A DNA stretch of 29,691 bases from Chlamydiota bacterium (GCA_039179045.1 JBCDEZ010000013.1:1-29691), one strand, 5' to 3'; counted from the stretch's first letter, positions 10,158 through 18,694 are shown. Notes: generated from the sequence alone by a model not told the origin. A program made the numbers and translations.

Positions 10158-10339
10158 AGCACTCTCCTTATTTTGTGCATTAATCGGGAAATCTATCCCT
10201 AGATTCCCACTAAGAAATAACGTGACACTCTTTCCATTCGCTCTAAGCGAGCAAATCAGCGGTAGATCTCAATTTCGCATGTGTAGGTCACATATGATGC
10301 TGATCAATATATGCGAATAACAAATAAAATAACACTCTT

Positions 10340-10975
10340 TTAATTTGCTCTGACTAAATCGACTCGCGCGAGATCTCGATTGTGCGTATACGGATCATGC
10401 ATACTGGTATTGATCAATATATGGGAAGAGGCGCAGCAACACTCTGCATTTTGTCCCACAAGAACTATATCGGAACTCCTCCATTTGTCGATCACAGAAA
10501 GATCTGCTTGCACTACCTTCCAAAGGGAGCCATTTTGCAAAAGAAGGAGGCCATTTTGACTATTCACATATTTTATAGAGTGCGTGTAGATATTATCCCG
10601 GTTAGGACTGCTCTCTAAGTGTACTTCGATCTCGGAAAAATCCTTTGTGTTGATCATGATATACTTGTAGAAGGGGTCGGAAAAATAGTGCGAGTTTTGG
10701 GTAACTACAACCGTGTCATGCATATCCCAGTTCTGCAAGATAGAGTGGTAATTGGGGTTTACTTTCCATCCTGCCCCATTGTTTGTATAGAAAATATCGG
10801 CAAACAAAGACATGCGAGTGATGCGGTAACCATGATGAAAGTGGGGATCGGGCAGATCGAGGGGCTCTTGGATGATGGGATCGGGGGAATAAGCGGGATG
10901 TCCCTCGGCAAAAGAAAAAACAGGGACGGGGAAAGATAGTAGAAAGTAAAGAACAATGGATGCTTGCAGTTTCAC
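10340..10975 (-). CDS. Exported hypothetical protein with two internal ~65-aa repeats (paralogue B)
   Basis: Signal-peptide-like N-terminus; repeats NGAGWKVNPNY......W...DTVVV.QN and NGSLWKVVQAD......W...DIVLVGQN; GTG start shares one base with the upstream stop (TAGTG). Confidence 0.8.
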   Translation of the reverse strand: MKLQASIVLYFLLSFPVPVFSFAEGHPAYSPDPIIQEPLDLPDPHFHHGYRITRMSLFADIFYTNNGAGWKVNPNYHSILQNWDMHDTVVVTQNSHYFSDPFYKYIMINTKDFSEIEVHLESSPNRDNIYTHSIKYVNSQNGLLLLQNGSLWKVVQADLSVIDKWRSSDIVLVGQNAECCCASSHILINTSMHDPYTHNRDLARVDLVRAN

Positions 10976-11583
10976 TAGTTTTTCCCCATCTGGTTGACAC
11001 GCACCATACTACTCGAGGGGAGCATCCCCGTGGGGTCATAGCACACGTTGATGAGTATGTGCGACTCAGAAGAGCAAGAAGAATAGTTTGTACCAATGAT
11101 TACTGTATCATGCACAAGCCAGTTTTCGAAAATGGGAAGATCACTTGGATGCACCTTCCAAAAGGAGCGATCTTTCAAAACTAAGGTACCCTTTTCTTTA
11201 TCGATTTTGCAAATCCAGTAGGTGCGTTCACCGTCGTATTTAGGAGCCAGGTGGACATTCACTCGGACCTCTGAATAATCGCGTGCATTCAAAAAGCGAT
11301 ACTGGTATTGAGAACAACAGGAGAAAAGAGTTGAGTTTTGCGTGATGGTGATCGGATCGTCCATTTTCCATTTGATGACAGTCGAACGGTCATTTGGGTG
11401 TACCAACCACTGAGCGCCATCGTGCGTCTGAATCAAACCACCAAATTCGTAGCTGCGCACTACGTGCATGGAATAAGCAAGAGATTGTTCATATTCTCCC
11501 GAAGAGGGAACCTGGCTTGGTCCTGCCTGAAGAGAGGCAAAGTGGAGAAAAGCGCCCAAAGACACAGCAGAAGAAAAACGCAT
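10975..11583 (-). CDS. Exported hypothetical protein with two internal ~65-aa repeats (paralogue A)
   Basis: ATG 11583 gives a signal peptide (MRFSSAVSLGAFLHFASLQA); repeats DGAQWLVHPND......W...DPITITQN and DRSFWKVHPSD......W...DTVIIGTN; clear similarity to the downstream gene (SHILIN shared). Confidence 0.8.
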   Translation of the reverse strand: MRFSSAVSLGAFLHFASLQAGPSQVPSSGEYEQSLAYSMHVVRSYEFGGLIQTHDGAQWLVHPNDRSTVIKWKMDDPITITQNSTLFSCCSQYQYRFLNARDYSEVRVNVHLAPKYDGERTYWICKIDKEKGTLVLKDRSFWKVHPSDLPIFENWLVHDTVIIGTNYSSCSSESHILINVCYDPTGMLPSSSMVRVNQMGKN

Positions 11584-11765
11584 ATTGCATCCCAAATTTT
11601 TCTGATTATTCAAATTGCCCACTATCTTGAAGTGCGCTCCCTATTTTTACAAGTATTTTTTGAATTCCTCCGATTTTTCGGGATGAGAGATTCTAAAAAA
11701 TGCACCCAACTTTTGCAGGAAAGAGGTATTTACTCTATTCTCCGTTTCAAGATTTTGAGTATTTC

Positions 11766-12242
11766 ATGAAACGGATTTCCTCTCTTTTTTTCCTTGTCTG
11801 GTTTCTCCCTGCAAAGGTATATGCTGTTGTTTCTTCTCTATATTTTGCTGCGGGTTCTTTCGGTATTTTGCAAAGCGAATCGTCTCCTTGGCTCTTTTCT
11901 ATCCGCTATCAGCCGGCAAAAGTATGGCACACTATTCGTCCTGAAATGGGCATTATGTACACAACAAAGCAGCAAATATTTTTGCATGCAGGCTTCGTGT
12001 TTGATTGGGTCTTGAGTGGTTTCATCGTGTTTTCTCCCCACTTTTCTGCAGGCTGGTATAAAAGGGGGAAGGGGAAAGATCTTGGATTTCCTTTGGAATT
12101 TTGTTCTGGTTTGCGCCTTGGGTACATTCTTGGAAAGAATAGTCAGATCGGGATCGATTTTTTCCACCTCTCCAATGCAAGTTTGGGCAGCACGAATCCT
12201 GGCAGCGAATCTTTGGCTCTATTTTTCTCTAAAAACATTTAA
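11766..12242 (+). CDS. PagL-like lipid A 3-O-deacylase / acyloxyacyl hydrolase outer-membrane barrel
   Basis: Signal peptide from ATG 11766; amphipathic beta-strands; signature DLG.PLEF and FFHLSNASLG..NPG.ESL (catalytic H-x-S). Confidence 0.85.
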   Translation: MKRISSLFFLVWFLPAKVYAVVSSLYFAAGSFGILQSESSPWLFSIRYQPAKVWHTIRPEMGIMYTTKQQIFLHAGFVFDWVLSGFIVFSPHFSAGWYKRGKGKDLGFPLEFCSGLRLGYILGKNSQIGIDFFHLSNASLGSTNPGSESLALFFSKNI

Positions 12243-12313
12243 TTTTAATAATCTTGAAAAATATGCCAATTATTAATTAAATAAAATTAAAAACACGTTT
12301 CCTTTATTAAGGT

Positions 12314-13288
12314 GTGAATTTGCACAAAGAATTGCCTTTTATTCCTTTCCCTATCTTGAAAAGCTCCCATGCACAGACGTTTTTAGGGTCTTTGATGCAC
12401 TTGGGAGTGGATCCTCAATCGGTTACGCGCTATATCAGCATGTCCGATGGAGACGAGATTGCTGTAGAAATCTCCACGCCTGCAGGCTGGAATCCTCAAG
12501 GAGGACTCACAGTTCTTTTAGTGCATGGCCTTTGCGGATCACACCGTTCTACCTACCTCGTGAGGATGACAAAAAGGCTATTGAAGCGGGGAGTGCGGTG
12601 CATCCGCTACAACATGCGTGGCTGCGGCAGTGGGTTTGGTAGGGCCAAGTACATTTGCAATGTTTCCCGTTCAGAAGACTTTCTGAAGGTGTTTTATACA
12701 TTGGCCTTGGATACTCCATATTCTCCTTTTGTGGTTGTAGGCTATTCTCTAGGAGGCAATCTCGTCTTGCGTTCTGCAGGCGTGATTGGTAAGGAAGCAA
12801 AGGGGCTAATTCGGGGAATCGTGTCGATTTCTCCCCCTGTCGATCTTTTTTGCAGCGCAAAACTTTTAACTCGCTCAAAAAACACATTCTACCACAAATA
12901 TTTCCTGCAAATTTTGAAAGCGCGGATCCGGCAAAGAGACCGTCTTTATCCCAATTTTCCTCGTGTGGTTTTTCCCAAGAATATGAACGTGATCGATTTC
13001 GATTCGATTTGCACGGCTCCTGAAGGAGGTTTTACTGATGCGTTGGATTATTATGCGAAGTGTAGCTCCAAACCTCTGATCGAAAATATTGGAGTTGATA
13101 CGAAAATTTTATTCGCTGAGGATGATCCCATCATCAACGCCTATCAGCTCGATGGAATGCTTCTTCCCGACCATATTGAAATCTACAAAACAAAACATGG
13201 AGGGCACTTGGGCCACCTTTCAAGGAGGAAAAATGGAGGATTTCATTGGATGGACCAGATGATTGAACAGTGGATCTTAGAGAGATGA
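12314..13288 (+). CDS. Alpha/beta hydrolase, YheT/ABHD-like family
   Basis: HAQT, VHGLCGS, YNMRGCG, nucleophile GYSLGG, AEDDPII (Asp), HGGHLG (His). Confidence 0.9.
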   Translation: MNLHKELPFIPFPILKSSHAQTFLGSLMHLGVDPQSVTRYISMSDGDEIAVEISTPAGWNPQGGLTVLLVHGLCGSHRSTYLVRMTKRLLKRGVRCIRYNMRGCGSGFGRAKYICNVSRSEDFLKVFYTLALDTPYSPFVVVGYSLGGNLVLRSAGVIGKEAKGLIRGIVSISPPVDLFCSAKLLTRSKNTFYHKYFLQILKARIRQRDRLYPNFPRVVFPKNMNVIDFDSICTAPEGGFTDALDYYAKCSSKPLIENIGVDTKILFAEDDPIINAYQLDGMLLPDHIEIYKTKHGGHLGHLSRRKNGGFHWMDQMIEQWILER

Positions 13289-14755
13289 AGTGGCTTGTTC
13301 ATCGTCCGCAGATTCTTCAGAAAACTCCTGACTCAGTTCCCTAATCGATACCATCCAGTAAAAGACGGTAGTGCACAAAAAGGGGAGCAAAAGACCTGTG
13401 ATCGAAAGAACAGAGCTTGTACCCATCAGCTGCATGAAGGCAAGCTGGATCCAACCAGAGCTCGACTTCCCCAAGCGAGAACCCACCACATCAATAGCTG
13501 CTTTGCCCTTGACCTGAGACTCCTGGTCTAAGGGAATGAAAGCCATTTCTTTTGTGGGATCAAAAAATGAGTATTTGACAGTTTTGCTGACAATATTTTG
13601 GAAAGCTCCGAAAAATACGATCAATAAAAGGGGATCGATCAAGAAAAAGGAGGGGCTGAAATTCCTTTTCATGAGCACAAAGGCTAAGAAAAAGACTCCC
13701 GTGGATCCCAAAACAACAGGAGGAATCATCGCACTAAAGCGCCACCCGAACATGCGGATCACATTGCCACTCAGAAAAAAGGCCGTGAACATTGCCACAA
13801 AACCGACAGCAGAGGTTACTTTCGCAATGAAGGCTTGGTAGTCTACCGTGCTCGAATAGAGCTGATGCACGCTCGCTTTCCAGGGCACTTCAATCATATT
13901 GATCACAAGACCATAGCTAACTACCATACAAGCAATGCAGCGTAGATATTTTGAAGATGCAATGTAGCGAATTCCCTCAATAAGGGAAAGGCGTGGCTTT
14001 TTTTCCCTGACTTGGAGAGGCTGTTTTGGCAGGGAGTACTTCATCAAGTACCAGTGCAGAAATAAGATACCCAAAGCTAAAGAACTCAGACAAAGGGATA
14101 GCGATTGGATCGTGAAAAGATAACCAACATTCGCGAATTTTCGAGAATAGTAGACGATCAAAGGCCCGGTAAAAATTGTTCCAAAATCGCCTGCAACAAT
14201 GAAAAGAGAATAGTACCTTTTTGCCTCTTCTACTACATTGATTTGATTGCAAAGCCCCCAAAAAAGCATGAAAATGACTAGAGGCGCCCAAAGCTCTGCG
14301 AACACAAAAAATACCGTTTCAATCCAGTTGCGGTAGACAGCCACCCAGTGGGCATAATGCCCGCCTATATGTGACAAGATCCAATTTGAAGACTCAAGCG
14401 GAGTCAGGAATGCTTTATTCGGATAGAGGACAAAGCTGAAAAGAAGGATGAAGGTAACGAAAGTGAGGATCGTACCGTAGAAGAGTGTACTCCTTTGGTA
14501 CTTGCTGGCGAGCTTGGTGTAGAGTACAGTCACCCCAATTGCCACAGGTAAAACAACCCAAGCCTTCAATACAGGAATGACTTCCGCTCCTGATCCCTCT
14601 CCGGTGACAATCAGGGTATCTTTCATGGAAAGGAACACTCCGTAGATCAAGGAGATCAAAAACTTCATGAGGATCAAGGGGAGGACTTTCTTCAGCTCAA
14701 ATGCATGGACAGGCCAAAACCTCCTTCGCCACTTGCTGAATGTATCCAAACTCAT
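13277..14755 (-). CDS. Nucleotide transport protein (Npt/NTT, TLC ATP/ADP translocase family)
   Basis: FWPVHAFELKKVLP, KDTLIVT..GSGAEVIP.LK, AELW, EEAKRYY, KYSFFDPTKEMAFIPLD.ES..KGKAAIDVVG.RLGKS. The paralogue identity and substrate cannot be determined by eye. Confidence 0.96.
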   Translation of the reverse strand: MSLDTFSKWRRRFWPVHAFELKKVLPLILMKFLISLIYGVFLSMKDTLIVTGEGSGAEVIPVLKAWVVLPVAIGVTVLYTKLASKYQRSTLFYGTILTFVTFILLFSFVLYPNKAFLTPLESSNWILSHIGGHYAHWVAVYRNWIETVFFVFAELWAPLVIFMLFWGLCNQINVVEEAKRYYSLFIVAGDFGTIFTGPLIVYYSRKFANVGYLFTIQSLSLCLSSLALGILFLHWYLMKYSLPKQPLQVREKKPRLSLIEGIRYIASSKYLRCIACMVVSYGLVINMIEVPWKASVHQLYSSTVDYQAFIAKVTSAVGFVAMFTAFFLSGNVIRMFGWRFSAMIPPVVLGSTGVFFLAFVLMKRNFSPSFFLIDPLLLIVFFGAFQNIVSKTVKYSFFDPTKEMAFIPLDQESQVKGKAAIDVVGSRLGKSSSGWIQLAFMQLMGTSSVLSITGLLLPFLCTTVFYWMVSIRELSQEFSEESADDEQATSSL

Positions 14756-14928
14756 AATCTTTTATTCACAAAGTCTACTGTCCTATTATATGCTAGCAAT
14801 CGGTATATTTCCTAGATTTTCCTTGTTAGAAACCTAAGGTCCGTTCATCTGTATTACTGTAGATCAAGATGAGGCGCTTTTTGAGCTAAGGAAGACGATC
14901 CTGCGCGTTTTTGCAGTCAAGATCAAAC

Positions 14929-14956
14929 TTGACAAATATTTTTTCATTGATAAGAT
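14929..14956 (+). promoter_or_regulatory. Sigma70-type (sigma66) promoter for the 14985 gene
   Basis: TTGACA (14929-14934), 16-nt spacer, TAAGAT (14951-14956) with an extended -10 TG at 14948-14949. Confidence 0.65.
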
Positions 14957-14984
14957 AAGAATTTAGACATTGAGAGGCGTATTT

Positions 14985-15434
14985 ATGAAAAAACAGTCAG
15001 AGGGCCATAGTAGTCAAAAAGCGTCACCCACTGATTTTCAGGATGTAACGAAACCAGACCGCGAAGAATTGACCCAGATTATTCACAAAGCGCTCGCCCT
15101 AATTGAGCAGATCGAGAAGAAGGAAAATGCGAATGAAAACAGCATTAACAAGACGCAGGGGCAGCTATTGCGCGCGAAAAATGAATCTGAAAAACTAAGC
15201 CATTTTCTTGCTGTCGAAGGGCTGAAGATGGAAAGATTTACCTCAGTTGAAGAAGAATATACCTCGTTAAGCCAGCTACTCAACCAAGCCTATCCTCCTT
15301 GCCAGCGCTTGGGAGGCATCATCCAAAGCGAGTTCAGCCGTGTATGCGACACTCTTTCCCAGGGAATCCATCTCGATGCAATCAAAAAAGGGCTGGAACG
15401 CATGCAAAAAGATCTCACTTCGAAAAATTCTTGA
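14985..15434 (+). CDS. Hypothetical helical / coiled-coil protein
   Basis: GAGG RBS upstream of ATG 14985 (the ORF track starts at TTG 14970); Ser/Gln-rich N-terminus, then helical heptad-like sequence. Confidence 0.7.
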   Translation: MKKQSEGHSSQKASPTDFQDVTKPDREELTQIIHKALALIEQIEKKENANENSINKTQGQLLRAKNESEKLSHFLAVEGLKMERFTSVEEEYTSLSQLLNQAYPPCQRLGGIIQSEFSRVCDTLSQGIHLDAIKKGLERMQKDLTSKNS

Positions 15435-15485
15435 ACGAAATTTTTCGACGCATACTTTTTTCCAGTAGCGAAAGCGTAGAACTCC

Positions 15486-16955
15486 ATGCAGTACTGTAGA
15501 AAGCTCTTTTTCACGTGCGTTTCCGTGGGTCTCATCGCGGCAGGTAGCGCTATTTTTCCCATTTATTACGAGGCAAAGCGGCAGCTTTTCGACCAGCTTT
15601 CGAGCCAGGCTCTGAGCATTGCAGCTAGCCTCTCTCTGCAAATCCCCAGCTCTTCGTTAGAGGAGATTGCCTCTTCTCCTTCCAGTTCTACGGAAGCCGA
15701 GAGGCTAGTGGAGGGAATACTACGCCGAGAAAGGACCATTCAAAGAGAGCATGGTGTATTCATTGAAGATATCGTGATCGTCCGCCCCTCCTCTCGACCA
15801 GAAAGCGTAGAGGTGCTGATCGATGCTCCTTTGGATTCCAATTTGAAAATCCCCCGGGGAAAAATCTATACCGAGCGAGGCCTCAATGGAGAGCGCCTCG
15901 ATCTAAAACACTTGTTTTCTCCGGAAGGATTTGTACGAGATACTTACGGCACCTGGCTCATCGGTTATGCGCCCATATATGATACACAAAGTGGTTACAT
16001 GGGAACAATATTGGTTAGCATCAAATCGAGCAAGGTGATTGCAAGCATGCGTATTTTGCTTGCTTATGGCGCTTTAGCATTCCTAATTTCCCTCAGCATT
16101 GCTACTGCAGCCTCCTCGTTTTTTCAAAAGAAATTGACACAATCTTTGACCTACCTGTCTCAGCGAGTATCGCAAATCCAGAAGGGCAATTTGGATACTC
16201 CGATACAGGCGCAAGGCAACGATGAATTTGGCGCATTGGCCTCTTCAATTGAGGCAATGCGCCAAGGGCTCAAAGAAAGAGAGTTGCTCAAAAAACACTT
16301 TTCTCGCTATGTTTCTCGGCATATCTTGGAGGATATTCTCCACTCAAACTATACACTTTCTCTTGTAGGGGAAAGCCGCAAGATTACCGTGCTTTTTGCA
16401 GATATTCGGGGCTTTACCACTTTCGCAGAGGAACATACTCCTGAAGAGGTAGTCTCGCTTTTGAATGAGTATTTTGAGGAGATGTTGCAGGTCATATTCG
16501 CATATAGAGGCACTTTGGATAAATTTCTAGGCGACGGGATCATGGTCGAATTTGGATCGCCCCTCGACGATCCTGAACAGGAAAAAAACGCTGTGCTTTG
16601 CGCCCTATCCATGCAAGAGACGCTCTCGAAACTGATGGAAAAATGGCATCGTGAAGGCAAGCCTTTGATTTCTATTGGAATAGGTATTCATACAGGTTTA
16701 GCTGTTGTCGGCAATATTGGCACAGAAGCGCGTATGGAGTATACGGCCATTGGAGATACGGTCAATGTAGCTGCAAGAATTGAAAAGCAAACGAGACATT
16801 TTCAAGAGCCCATACTCGTGTCAGAAGACACGCAGAAAAAAGTGCGCGATCTTTTGCTTTGGAAAGACTTGGGTCCGGTACAGCTTACTGGCAGAGAAAA
16901 ATCGATCCGTTTATTCACGCCCGAGGGGAAAAGTTCCGCTAAATCTAGAAAGTAG
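15486..16955 (+). CDS. Membrane-bound class III adenylate cyclase (TM - extracytoplasmic sensor - TM - HAMP - cyclase)
   Basis: HAMP GNLD.PI...NDEFGALA; catalytic VLFADIRGFT, DKFLGDG, GIGIHTG, EYTAIGDTVNVAARIE. Confidence 0.92.
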   Translation: MQYCRKLFFTCVSVGLIAAGSAIFPIYYEAKRQLFDQLSSQALSIAASLSLQIPSSSLEEIASSPSSSTEAERLVEGILRRERTIQREHGVFIEDIVIVRPSSRPESVEVLIDAPLDSNLKIPRGKIYTERGLNGERLDLKHLFSPEGFVRDTYGTWLIGYAPIYDTQSGYMGTILVSIKSSKVIASMRILLAYGALAFLISLSIATAASSFFQKKLTQSLTYLSQRVSQIQKGNLDTPIQAQGNDEFGALASSIEAMRQGLKERELLKKHFSRYVSRHILEDILHSNYTLSLVGESRKITVLFADIRGFTTFAEEHTPEEVVSLLNEYFEEMLQVIFAYRGTLDKFLGDGIMVEFGSPLDDPEQEKNAVLCALSMQETLSKLMEKWHREGKPLISIGIGIHTGLAVVGNIGTEARMEYTAIGDTVNVAARIEKQTRHFQEPILVSEDTQKKVRDLLLWKDLGPVQLTGREKSIRLFTPEGKSSAKSRK

Positions 16956-16968
16956 TACATCTCCTCAT

Positions 16969-18228
16969 TTAGGAAAACTCGGGAGAATTCTCTTCTGAGA
17001 TCTCTCCTTGTAGCTCTCCTTCACTTACTGCAACAAATACCGCACAGGCACCATCCCCATAAATATTTGCAGCAGTGCGCGCCATATCCATGAACCGTTC
17101 GACAGCGATGAATAGGCCGATCCCTTCGGGTGGTAGCCCTAAGCACTGCATGACTACCATTGTTGCTACAAGGCTACCTGCTGGGATTCCCGCCACACCC
17201 ATGGATGTGATGAGCGCTAGAAACATAGCAGCAAATTGCATGCCAATACTCATCTCAATACCGTAGGCTTGGGCCACAAAAAGAGCTGCCACACATTCGT
17301 ATAGAGCAGAACCTGAGAGGTTGATCGAAATCCCCAGAGGAACAATCAGGCGTGCAATTTTCCGAGAAATTCCCAGTTTTTCCATGCAGGCAACCGTAAC
17401 TGGTATGGATGCAGCTGAAGAGCTAGTGGTGAAGGCGGTGACAAGTGCAGGGCTCACTGCTCTGAAATACCGTAAAGGAGAAATCCGGGCATAAAATTTG
17501 AGCAAACAGGGGAAAAAGACGAATAAAAAGAGAAACAGACCCAGCAATACGGTAAGCGAAAAGAGGGCTAAGGGACGAAAAGATGCAGATCCTAGCGTAA
17601 CAAATGAGTGGACCATCAAACAGTAAATACCCAAAGGCAAAATGCGCAGTACTAGGGAAGATAGTTGCAACATCGTCTCGAATATCGCCTCGAAAAAAGA
17701 AAGCAAAACCTCATAATAAGAGGAGCGGATCTGAACCATTGCCATCCCGAAGGCAGCGCTAAAAAAGATCAGGGCAACCATTTTTCCTTCAGCTAGAGCT
17801 TGGAAAAGATTGCTCGGAAGAAATTGATCCAAGAAGTAGCGAGTATTGATCTTTTGCAACACGAGCTCGCTATTTTCTACAGAAGGGAGATAGTTTGGAT
17901 CGTAACCCGTACCCGGCTGTATGCAGTTGACTAGCGCGATCCCAATCAAAAGAGCGACCAATGTGGAGCTGAGATAGAAAAAGAGTGTTTTGGCACCTAG
18001 CATTCCGATGTTGGTTTCAGAGCGCAACTTTCCCACAGAGCAGATGATTGAAGAGCAAACCAAGGGAATAACGAGAAGACGCAGCAAACGGAGAAAACCT
18101 CCGCCTACGAGCTCAACAGCAGGTAGAATCGTAGGCGCGTATTCAACAGCTGGGCCTTTCAAAAAAAATGTTGTGATCAAAGCAAGAATCACCGCTAGGA
18201 TCGTAGGGGCAAGTTTTATTCGACTCAT
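16969..18228 (-). CDS. Dicarboxylate/amino acid:cation symporter (DAACS, GltP-like)
   Basis: FLRLLRLLVIPLV, AFTTSSSAASIP, PLGISINLSGSALYE, SMGVAGIPAG, ERFMDMARTAAN. Start moved to ATG 18228; the ORF-track extension to 18429 is not family-like. Confidence 0.92.
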   Translation of the reverse strand: MSRIKLAPTILAVILALITTFFLKGPAVEYAPTILPAVELVGGGFLRLLRLLVIPLVCSSIICSVGKLRSETNIGMLGAKTLFFYLSSTLVALLIGIALVNCIQPGTGYDPNYLPSVENSELVLQKINTRYFLDQFLPSNLFQALAEGKMVALIFFSAAFGMAMVQIRSSYYEVLLSFFEAIFETMLQLSSLVLRILPLGIYCLMVHSFVTLGSASFRPLALFSLTVLLGLFLFLFVFFPCLLKFYARISPLRYFRAVSPALVTAFTTSSSAASIPVTVACMEKLGISRKIARLIVPLGISINLSGSALYECVAALFVAQAYGIEMSIGMQFAAMFLALITSMGVAGIPAGSLVATMVVMQCLGLPPEGIGLFIAVERFMDMARTAANIYGDGACAVFVAVSEGELQGEISEENSPEFS

Positions 18229-18287
18229 CTGCAGTACATCTAAGAGAAAGATTCTACGCTGAATATAAGATACTAATCCAGCAAAAT

Positions 18288-18430
18288 GGTGGCCTTCGCT
18301 AAGAGGCATCCGCATGAAATACAATTTTCGAATGAGCTGATCTCGGCAAGAGGGAGATGTTGCTGCACGCATCTGTTTTGACGCCCCCGATTTTAAGGAG
18401 GTATTTCTTCCCAGCCTTCGCAAGGGCACC
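18288..18430 (+). ncRNA. Candidate rod-shaped structured RNA with central bubble (6S RNA-like)
   Basis: Nested pairings 18288-18296/18422-18430, 18303-18307/18414-18418, 18316-18322/18401-18407, 18343-18346/18387-18390, 18347-18351/18376-18380, 18355-18360/18369-18374. G-U pairs favour the + strand. Confidence 0.5.
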
Positions 18431-18694
18431 TTACCTCAATAGCAATAAATCAGCGCCGACTAGCTCGTCTTGGTACCGATGGTGATTTCTCTAAATACGG
18501 TATCTAAGAATCTGTATTCCCTTGGAAAAGGATCTGGCGATTTTCCCTATCTCCCCACTTTTGTCCGCGTTTGTGTAAAATCATTTTTTTTCGTACAATT
18601 TTTGAGTTTGAAGCGTGCTTATTTCGGGCAGAGGTAGTAAGGAGAACTACCAAAAAAATCTTCCGTAAAATGCTGCTTGTGATAGACTTTTAAT

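Noticed and set aside
10157..10182. CIRCE-like TAGCACTC half-site
   Set aside because: The second arm and spacing do not match; the sequence is simply the RBS and start of the minus-strand ORF.
18229..18429. 67-aa N-terminal extension of the DAACS transporter in the ORF track
   Set aside because: Not family-like; the hydrophobic TM1 begins right after ATG 18228, and the region is better explained as promoter or structured RNA.
18229..18500. Glycine or lysine riboswitch, tmRNA, RNase P or SRP RNA upstream of the transporter
   Set aside because: Hallmark sequences (GGAGA...CCGAAG...CTCAGG, GAGGAAAGTCC, tRNA-like ends, SRP loop) were not found, and G-U pairing favours the strand opposite the transporter.
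18633..18658. Hairpin GGTAGT-N7-ACTACC followed by an A run as a terminator
   Set aside because: The U-tract is on the wrong side for either strand.
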